Origin: Phyllobates terribilis
Taxonomy: Eukaryota
Assembly: GCF_046119375.1 (NCBI RefSeq)
Contig: NW_027362771.1
Location: 180,668,001-180,732,000 of the forward strand
Length of the DNA: 64,000 nucleotides
Direction of reading: 5' to 3'
The position numbers and the translations under genes were made by a program. Below, one piece after another: positions 24,712 through 34,300 of this stretch. Every line of letters starts with the position of its first letter. Positions within the stretch are counted from its first letter, which is position 1. Under the pieces are notes generated by a model. The model did no database searches. It was not told the origin of the DNA and worked only from the letters and a program-made list of their open reading frames with translations.

Positions 24712-26231
24712 CAAGATCTATTGATTAAAATGTACTTTGCTCATGGCAAACCCCTTTAAGTCTTGTAGATATCTTGCACAGGACCCTTGCACAGTCGGTG
24801 AATCTTTTGGTGGCATAACAAGGAAAATTGAACTGTGACTATAGCGCACTTCTAGGTTTTACACCACTGAAAAGTAATTAATTCTAATTAAATGTTCGCT
24901 GTCTCTTCAGATGACTGAAGTGAACAAACTCCGAGTCCAGTGCTGTGTGATATGGAGATTTGTGCTAATTGCAGTCAGATAGTGGGTCGGAGTTCCTGGG
25001 ACATAATTGAATAACTATCACCAAGCAAAATATTAAAAATATAAAACAAAATTTGTCATTAATATCAAACCTTTATTACAAACAACTATACAAAAGCCAA
25101 AAATCCTTTAAAAAAAAACATAAAACCCACATAAAAGGAGAAATTGGGCAGTGTGGACTCAAAAGTATTAGTATATTAAGAGTCCATATATCCAGAATAT
25201 AAAGGCATAGGACTTTAATATAATACAGCACATAAGGACTTTAATACAACCAGGCCAATGAGAACATATGAACCCCCTGCACCACCAACACTCCTTCAAT
25301 CAATAGAAATTACCTATACCCACCATATGCCATTATGAGTCCAACCATACTTCCTAGTACCCTGACTCACGTTTCGCGTGCAGCTTTGTCAGGGGGTCCT
25401 CTTCTTGGGACAACACTCATGGAGAGGAGAAGTTAAAATGTGTTATAATTTTGTAAAAAGACCTTGGAGGGATTGTATGGAATGGAGAGGTGAAAGGTTC
25501 ATAAATCCTTGTTGTGGAATGGTCTTTACTCCAGGCCAGTCCTCTGGTGCACTGTATTGAACAGCATTTCAATAAAGGAATCCAAATGTTTCTCTTAATG
25601 TTTCCCATAGTGGATAGGATGTTGGTAGATTAGACAGTAGGCTCTGTTCACATCAGAGGCTGCACCGCATGTTCCTTCCTTCTTACTGTAAGACGTAGGC
25701 TGTGCTATTTCTTAAAGGACAGTGAGAGACCCCATCAGCCAGGTGATGCATCCATCTGCTGCACAAATTCTTTTTTTCTGTTGGTTTTCCAGTTTTGTTT
25801 TTTTCATACAGAGAAACCAAATTCCTAACACACATGAACTAAGCCTTGAATAAAAGAACGTAGTGGGCATTCTGTTGTATTAATGCATGCTCTGTTCATG
25901 TCTTAATCGTAATAAGAAACCAATGATATTGATTTAATGCTGCGTGCAAATAAAACATGTTATTGGACATGCATGATATGAAAATGATCTCTGGTATAAC
26001 CTAACCTGTTCCTTCTTTCCCTACCAGGCCTGTGTAAGAGACCGCGCTCTCCGCTCCATATTGGCAGTCAGGCAGATCAGTCGGGAGGCAGCAGAAAAAG
26101 CCGTCAATGACGTGTTTGAATCCTGCTTTAATGACCATGAACCATTTGGTCGAATTCCTCATTGTCCACGGGATGCCGATATGGCACACAGAGATTTTAA
26201 AAACCGCGGAAGACATTATGCAAACCTTTGA
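18689..26231 (+). CDS. ATP23: Mitochondrial inner membrane protease ATP23 homolog, paralog a (226 aa); exons 18689-18815, 20539-20584, 22285-22366, 23031-23168, 24226-24309, 26028-26231
   Basis: Six GT-AG exons (127+46+82+138+84+204 = 681 nt) give an uninterrupted ORF: [141 protein letters not shown]...EPFGRIPH...HYANL*. HExxH peptidase M76 motif present. Confidence 0.95.
18868..18912. repeat. Compound (GT)n(AT)n microsatellite
   Basis: gtgtgtgtgtgtgtgtgt directly followed by atatatat…. Confidence 0.9.
18927..20491 (-). mobile_element. Second copy of the 6271-7902 Tc1 family, inverted, with one terminus truncated, in ATP23a intron 1
   Basis: Transposase 20078→19026 ([16 protein letters not shown]…GSYFEEPRI) with in-frame stops at about 19779 and 19287. 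Right end GTGTCCAAACTTTTGGTCTGTACTG at 20491; the left TIR lacks its first ~65 bp next to the microsatellite. Confidence 0.92.
20539..20584 (+). CDS. ATP23: ATP23a exon 2 (46 nt)
   Basis: ccctcAG|..[14 protein letters not shown](C)|GTAAGT. Confidence 0.92.
22285..22366 (+). CDS. ATP23: ATP23a exon 3 (82 nt)
   Basis: poly-T-cAG|[27 protein letters not shown]|GTAAGT. Confidence 0.95.
23031..23168 (+). CDS. ATP23: ATP23a exon 4 (138 nt, HELIH zinc site)
   Basis: ctttcAG|[46 protein letters not shown]|GTAAGC. Confidence 0.96.
24226..24309 (+). CDS. ATP23: ATP23a exon 5 (84 nt)
   Basis: tatAG|[28 protein letters not shown]|GTATGT. Confidence 0.95.
24683..24710. repeat. (TTA)n microsatellite
   Basis: attattattattattattattattattatt. 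Confidence 0.85.
26028..26231 (+). CDS. ATP23: ATP23a exon 6 (terminal)
   Basis: accAG|[70 protein letters not shown]; AATAAA near 26445. Confidence 0.95.
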   Translation, partial: ACVRDRALRSILAVRQISREAAEKAVNDVFESCFNDHEPFGRIPHCPRDADMAHRDFKNRGRHYANL

Positions 26232-27717
26232 ACTGCCAAAAATCCCCTATAAATCAGGTTTCAGATGGATTCTTATATGATCTAGTAATCGTGAATGAGG
26301 AATTGCTCCCTTCTAGCAGATTTTCTCAGAGATGATGGAATGTATTAGGATATGCCTCAATTTCTGTTTGTCTGTTTATTGTATGTCCTTTTTAATTTTA
26401 TATTTAATTCTGTGATTTTTAAAATTGATTTATGTTTTGTGAGTAATAAAAAAGTTTATATGACAATGTTCTCTTTGGTCACTGTAAGCAAAACAAGGTA
26501 TTATGTACTTTCTCATCTGTGGATTCACTCGACTCAAACTTTTACAGTGGAATTTACAGTTCTGCCCTCCACACCCAATAAGTACTGAGAGCACAATACA
26601 CTTAATATCCTATAGGGGTTGTCTCAAGATTCTATCTTCAGAGTGCATCGCTTCTCTGCTTGCGCTTCTGATGATTGACAGTTTGTGTCCGCAACATGGT
26701 TGAAATGCTGGATGCGACTGTTCACTCTTCCAGGCTGCTGGCAGAGGAAGCGTTACCTCTGCAGCATCGCAGGGGAGCTGAGGTTGGTCAGATCCAGCAA
26801 TCTAGCCAGCATTAGAACAGCACTTTCAAGCTGTATAGCAAACCGCTTACAAGCACGCTCTCCTTTCCTAGGAGACCATCAGCCTCCGGCTTATTTTGCA
26901 TCAATATTTTGTGTTATTTTGGGTCCATTTTGGCAGACTGTTATATTGAAGTCATTCTCCCTTTGCAGGTCAACACCTCTGCTTGTCCCAGTGTTGAGCA
27001 AGTTAAAAAAAAAAAAAAAAAAAAAAAAAACATTTTTGTAATGCACGCTACAGAATTGTAATTCCCTTTTACTTGAATTGTACTATAGTGGAATTTTAGT
27101 AATTCTGAAAATATTCTACAAGTACTTCACTGTATTAACCAACTTATGAGACACTTTGTGAGTGTGACCTTTCTTGGTGATACAGGACAGAGTGCATGAG
27201 AGGAAGACTATGTTAGAAGACCAGTTTGGAGCTTACCGTATTTCTTGGAGGGCAGCCCAAGATATGCAGTCTGCCCCAAAGTTATGCTGTTCCAGCTGAC
27301 TGGATCTCCAGCTGATATCCGTCCTCCTTAGTGTAAAAATTGAAAGAGAACTGATTAGCACGCCAATAACGCAGTATAAGGTGGAGCTGCTGTTCTGCTG
27401 TGGTATAGGAAGTGTGGAGACACTGGCACCTCCCCTGGGCATAATACTACTCAGACAACACAGGGTGAAGGTAAAACAGTGTGGCAATAAGTTATTGAAC
27501 CACAAAGCGGACAATAACATCTAGAAGAGTCCCAGCAATACACAAAATGGTGAAAAATTACAGAGACTCACCCATCCGCTGGCTCGCCAGGATTTGAGCA
27601 GCTGCAAATTTGAGGCTTCCAGGGCCAACTACCACAACAAGTGGCCCTGCGCTTTGGGTGGGCACCCACAGAGAGGAGGTAGTGGCAAACTTAGGAAGCT
27701 AACGGTCCAGCGAGGTA

Positions 27718-28232
27718 CAGTTGAAACCAGAAGATTATATAATAAGACACATATGCATGTTTCAATATCTGACATGAAATCAGAATAAACCTTTCCCGTT
27801 TTAAGTCAATTAGGATTACCATAATTTTTAACATTTGCCAAATACCAGAATAATGAGAGAGAGAGAGAATGTTTTAAGGTATTTTATTAATTACTGCAAA
27901 GTCAAAAGTTTACATACATTTCATTAGTATTTGGTACCATTGCACTTAAACTGAATGACTTTGGTCAAACGTTTGGTATAGCCTTCCACAAGCATCTCAC
28001 AATAGTTGGTTGGAATTTGGGCCAATTCCTCCTGACAAAACTGGTGTAACTGATCTAGGTTCATAGGTCGCCTTGCTCGCACCTGCCTTTTCAGCTTTGT
28101 CCATACATTTTCAATAGGATTGAGATCAGGGCTTTGTGATGGCCATTCCAAAACATAGACTTTGTTATCCTTAAGCCATTTTGTTACTATTTTGGCAGTA
28201 TGCTGCCGGTCATTGTCCATTTAGAAGACCCA
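27718..28232 (-). mobile_element. 3' fragment of a Sleeping Beauty-like (IR/DR) Tc1 element
   Basis: Terminus TA|CAGTTGAAACCAGAAG and inner DR GTCAAAAGTTTACATACAT. C-terminal transposase [52 protein letters not shown]…FKCNGTKY closely parallels the SB C-terminus as I recall it. Confidence 0.8.
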
Positions 28233-28812
28233 TTAACATATATCCGCTGCAATAATCAGATGTGGACTATATAGAAGCACCAGATAGCGGCTACACAGCA
28301 CCCTTTGATGAAGGAGATCGACAAAATATCCGAAACGTGTAAGGTCAGGACGGAGCACTGAGACTTCCGTCCCTGTGCTGAGCTGTGATGTCACACACCG
28401 CTGCTGGATCTTCACACGCGATCTGCTGAGCGGCAGGAAAGCCACCGGCCGGGGCTCCCTGCGTGCAGGCACCGCCAATACGCTTGCACACATACTGGAC
28501 TTATTCGTCAGGTATTTCACCTGGGACTTTGCATAGACCTTGGATTGAGTGAGTGGTCTGAGAACCCCCCCCCCTTCTCTTTCTTCATCCCTCTGTCTGC
28601 GAAGACTTGGGTAATGTGTCATTTTTATGCAGTTTTATAGGACATTGTGCAAAACTAATTTATCAGTCTGGGAGCTGTGTGTGTCTGAATACTGGCAGCA
28701 TTTGGTATTGTAATTTAACAATGCCTTTGGACACTGACCATTGGGAGACCAGGTACTGATGAGGTTCGATTTTGTTTTTGTCTACACCTGTAAGCCATAC
28801 TGGTTATATATA

Positions 28813-30372
28813 CACTGCTCAAAAAATAAAAGGGAACACTTAAACAACAGAATATAACTCCAAGTAAATCAAACTTCTGTGAAATCAAACTGTCCACTTA
28901 GGAAGCAACACTGATTGACAATCAATTTCACATGCTGTTGTGCAAATGGAATAGACAATAGATGGAAATTATTGGCAATTATCAAGACACACTCAATAAA
29001 GGAGTGGTTCTGCAGATGGGGACCACAGACCACATCTCAGTACCAATGCTTTCTGGCTGATGTTTTGGTCACTTTTGAATGTTGGTTGTGCTTTTACACT
29101 CGTGGTAGCATAAGACGGACTCTACAACCCACAGAAGTTGCTCAGGTAGTGCAGCTCATCAGGATGGCACATCAATGCGAGCTGTGGCAAGAAGGTTTGC
29201 TGTGTCTGTCAGCGTGGTGTCCAGAGGCTGGAGGCGCTACCAGGAGACGTGGAGGGGCCGTAGGAAGGCAACAACCCAGCAGCAGGACCGCTACCTCCGC
29301 CTTTGTGCAAGGAGGAACAGGAGGAGCTCTGCCAGAGCCCTGCAAAATGACCTCCATCAGGCCACAAATGTGCATGTGTATGCACAAACGGTTAGAAACC
29401 GACTCCATGAGGGTGGTATGAGGGCCCAACGTCCACAGATGGGGGTTGTGCTCACAGCCCAACACCGTGCAGGACTCTTGGCATTTGCCACAGAACACAA
29501 GGATTGGCAAAGTTGCCACTGGCGCCCTGTGCTCTTCACAGATGAAAGCAGGTTCACACTGAGCACATGTGACAGACGTGACAGAGTCTGGAGACGCCGT
29601 GGAGAGCGATCTGCTGCCTGCAACATGCTTCAGCATGACCGGTTTGGCAGTGGGTCAGTAATGGTGTGGGGTGGCATTTCTTTGGGGGGCCGCACAGCCC
29701 TCCATGTGCTCGCCAGAGGTAGCCTGACTGCCATTAGGTACCGAGATGAGATCCTCAGACCCCTTGTGAGATCATATGCTGGTGCGGTTGGCCCTGGGTT
29801 CCTCCTAATGCAGGACAATGCCAGACCTCATGTGGCTGGAGTGTGTCAGCAGTTCCTGCAAGATGAAGGCATTGAAGCTATGGACTGGCCCGCCCGTTCC
29901 CCAGACCTGAATCCGATTGAGCACATCTGTAACATCATGTCTCGCTCCATCCACCAATGTCACGTTGCACCACAGACTGTCCAGGAGTTGGCAGATGCTT
30001 TAGTACAGGTCTGGGAGGAGATCCCACAGGAGACCATCCGCAACCTCATCAGGAGCATGCCCAGGCATTGTAGGGAGGTCATACAGGCACGTGGAGGCCA
30101 CACACAATACTGAGCTTCATTTTGACTTGTTTTAAGGACATTACATCAAAGTTGGATCAGCCTGTAGTGTGTTTTTCCACTATAATTTTGGGGGTTGACT
30201 CCAAATCCAGGCCTCCATTGGTTAATAAATTTGATTTCCATTGATGATTTTTGTGTGATTTTGCTGTCAGCACACTCAACTTTGTACAGAACAAAGTATT
30301 CAATGAGAATATTTCATTCATTCAGATCTAGGATGTGTTATTTGAGTGTTCCCTTTATTTTTTTGAGCAATG
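28813..30372 (+). mobile_element. Tc1 (DD34E) transposon between the two ATP23 paralogs
   Basis: TA|CACTGCTCAAAAAATAAA…TTTATTTTTTTGAGCAATG|TA. A 312-aa ORF (29175-30113) has FTDESRF, QDNARPH and DLNPIE with 34 residues between D and E. The N-terminus is damaged (ATA at the expected start 29110, frameshift near 29160). Confidence 0.92.
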
Positions 30373-31065
30373 TATTAATATATAGATTATATTAAGCTCT
30401 ACCATAAAAACATCTAAACAACTTTTTATCTCACTACGAAACCCCTTTAATTACTGGTTCTGGTGTCTGATATAGTGAATTTAAAGGGGTTGTCCGGGAC
30501 TAACACACTGAGGACCTATCTGTAGGAAGGTCATTAATTTAAATCAGTAGGGGTCCGATATCCGTATGATCATCTGCAGTGTCATCAGTGGCCGGATGTA
30601 TGGAGCAACACACCGCAGCCCTGTAGATTGTTTAGTGGCAGCTGCAAATACTGCAGACTACCTTCCATTCAATGCCTTGTAGAAAATGCCATTCATTTCA
30701 TCCATTTTTATTTAGCTGTATTTTTTTCATGCATTTTCCTGGTCTGTGGCATGGAGTATGCTGTATAATGGGTAGTCCAACTACTTTGCTGCCACTATGT
30801 CTGTCCTTACACACTAGTATCCATTATATGGTTAGTAAGATGATGGGATACATAGCCTATAATGTTAGATTCATACACACAGGGGCTTCCTAGGGCAGAG
30901 AAACCTACTTGTTGTCATAGCAACCTGTGTCCCTACCCACAACATGCCCAACTGTGACCTCCTCTGTATAACATGGCAGCATTATGTGCACCCGCCCCCT
31001 CCAGCTATCAGTAATCAGAGCACCTCTGCCCTCATCAAATATGGCCGCCGCTGCTCCCAAGCCCC

Positions 31066-31073
31066 TGACGTCA
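31066..31073. promoter_or_regulatory. Perfect CRE palindrome (TGACGTCA) upstream of ATP23b
   Basis: TGACGTCA 78 bp upstream of the ATP23b ATG, close to a YY1-like AATATGGCCGCC near 31038. Confidence 0.4.
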
Positions 31074-31150
31074 TCTTCCAGCGCTTGAAGGTCAGGTACC
31101 TGCTCTGACAGCTGCATGTGCTTGTGTAGCACCAGGGTCAGACTCTCGGT

Positions 31151-31301
31151 ATGGGTGACGGGCAGGACGGAAGACATGAGCACGGGTACCACCTGTTCCC
31201 TGAGAGGGACCCCCGCAATCCGAAGCAAGAACCGTTTTTATCCAGGCTGTACGGGCTGAAGATCAGATGTAAAGCGAGGCTGAAGATCGCAATGGACACC
31301 A
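31151..31301 (+). CDS. ATP23: ATP23b exon 1
   Basis: ATG 31151 to ACCA|GTAGGT, phase 1; contains GYHLFPER. Confidence 0.88.
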
Positions 31302-34300
31302 GTAGGTGTGATGGCTCCGGCTCTGAGTACATACATTGCGTTATGTTACACTATGCTGTAGTTTGTGTGCTGGAGATAGCCTTATTGTCTCTTTGTGGGG
31401 GGGAAGGAGCCCATCTTTAAAGGGGCCGTTTTTTTTCTCCCTACTTGAATACGTGTATTTAGGACTAAAAATAATTTTTGCAATTGGATTCCATTAAAAA
31501 TGTTGCACCGTTTGCTTTCTATGGCCTCTGTGTGTACTGTCTATTGCTGGCTGCAGAGTGAGTTAACTGTTCATCCAACAGAGCTCATTCTGATTGAATG
31601 ACATGGGAGCTGGTAACTGTTGTACGCCTTTTCCTGAGCTCCTCTCTGCTGATTTATGATGACAAGCCACATCAAAGTTGGATGTACAGGGAAACAAGAG
31701 CCTGGAAAAACCAAATGGTGCAAATGTTTTAATGAAACCCAATTGCAAAAATGATTTTCAGCCCCAAACACATGCATTTAGGTTAAAAAATAAATTAGTG
31801 ACTGGCTTCCTCCTTACTGCCCTCTGTGGTTGCACCCATGTTGGTGATTACTAATATTCCTATTATATAGTAGAGGTTTACATTATCCCATATATAAAAT
31901 TAGTGTTATAAAAAACAGCAGTCCTATGTCACTGTATTCATATATTGTGTCCCTCATTAGGTCCACATGTCAAGTTACTTCTAGATGCCATGAATCAGGC
32001 TGGCTGGTGAGTTTTTTAACTTCATCAGTTTTATACATTAAAAAAAATTACAGACCAGAAAAAGTTGCTTGTTGGATGCTTGTAGCCATGAGATATGAAC
32101 ACCATCATCCTTTGCACTGACTTATTATTTATAGCCCTCATTGATACACCTTTAAAAGGATTGGTAGAATTTTTAAAGGGGTTTTCTAGTTTCAGAAAAC
32201 CTCTGTTCCCCCTGGCTGCAGTCACTCTTAAAGAAGCACTCCTCCCATCAAAGTTTTTATCCTCTTAATATATTGCAATCATCATATTATATAGCACTGT
32301 GTATTTACAATTGCTCATTTTGCCTTATAGCCAGTTAATTCTTCTCGTTTCTCTTCTCTGTGTAGAAACAGGAAGTCTCTTGTCCCTGCATTTATCATTT
32401 CCCTCTTCATCTCCTGACCCAGCTGCCTCGCTTTCCACACTCAGCATCAGCTGATCGGTCATGAGACCGATCAGCTGATAATAGGCTTCAGCAATCAGCT
32501 GATGGTCACGTGACCATCAGCTGATTGCTGCAGCACTGATCACCTGATGGTTGCGTGACCATCAGGTGATCAGTGACGTCACTGCAGGTCCTGGAAGTAC
32601 ACTGCGGGGCGCGAGCTCGCCGCCGGACAGACAGCATCGCCGAGGAGGAAACCGGGGGCCGCCGGAGAGGTGAGTATGAAGGTTTTTTTTTTTTTTTTTT
32701 TTTTTAACTGGCACATGGGCTGGGAGAAGCAGGCTGCTGCACCTCCCATCCACGCTGCTCTCACTGTTATCAGCCAGAGCAGCGTCGGATGAGAGTAGTA
32801 GCATTCTTCTCTCCCGACCCGGGTACGAGCCGTGGTGTGATTTTGCGCCTATTGATTTACATTGAAACGCAGCAAATCCGCATGTATAGATATTATACAT
32901 GCAGGTTTGCTGCAATTCAATGCAAGTCAATTTACCGTGGAATCACGCCTGAATTGGTAGTGCTGCGGTTTGTGCCACAATGATAATCCGCAGCGTAAAT
33001 TTCCGCATCATGTGCAGAGCACATGCAGATTATCATTGGAATACATGGCAGACTTCTTACCAAGCGGTTTTAATGCGTTTCCGCGGCAGAATAACCACCG
33101 CGCCAATACATTAAAACCGCATCGTATGCACACAGCCTTAACTGGGTAGGAAGGCAAAATGAGCAATTGTAAGTACACAGTGCTATATAATATGATGATT
33201 GTTATATATTAAGAGTATACAAAATGTGATGGCAGGGCTTCTTTAAAAACAAACAAACTGTGCTTCACTCACCCTCCCCGGGTCCAGTGCTGAATCTCTG
33301 CCGCTACCCCAGTGTCTGTTATTGTCTGCAGAGCTGTGGATCTCGGTCTTTGGCTTCAGTGCTGTGCGACATGACTTCAGGGCTGCAGAATATAACACTC
33401 TGGGAGCAGCAACAGAGACTCATCGCTGGACCGAGGAAGAGTGAGTACAGAACAATTTATTCTAAAACAAACTCCAGCCGGGGGGACAGGGGTTTTCTAA
33501 AACTAAAGACCCCTTTAATGCTGACTATTGATTACAGTTTATATTTTCACACTTTATTATTCATATTTTTGTTTCAATATAACAAGATCTGCCCTGAAAT
33601 GTGATCTTGCATGTATTTGTTGTTCCTCAGCACCGCATACAGAGAGAGACATTTTTCGTGTGAAGAATGCGATGGAAAAGTAGGAGGAGGATTTGATTCT
33701 TCTACCTCCGAGGTAATTCCAGCAAGTATTGCCTGTCAGTAAAGCTCTATTTGCGGAGGTCCAGTCAGTAGGAAAGCAGTAGCAGACTTCTCTTTCCTAT
33801 ACACTAGTCATCTGCTTTATCATTCGTGTATTTGTCAACCCCCATTCACCCAGCAAAATTTCCTATGGCTTATAGCAGGCTGGAATGTCTTTTTTTTTTT
33901 CTTTCATTTTTTATTGTATGGAAAAGCATAGTCTGCTGCAATATGTCAGGCTGAGACATCTCTAAAATATATATTATACCCCTCCTATGGGCTCGTATGT
34001 ATGCGGAGATGGTGGCATACACTAACGTTATGTCAATATTATAGCTAAGTTCACAATTGATAATTTTTCATCTGTTTTGTCAATTTTTGATATGTTTCTA
34101 TACATTAATTAAGAAATTATACAAGGTAAAATACAGTTTCTTATGTTATTAGTTGCATTTGAGCCATTAAAATAGATGCCATATGGGTGGTGTCCACATG
34201 GAATCCATTTTTTTTTTTTTTTCTTCTTGCTTATTCATTTAAAAATATAGGCGCGTCTCATTCATAAATGGGAACAGACCTGCACATGCTATGTTTTTTT

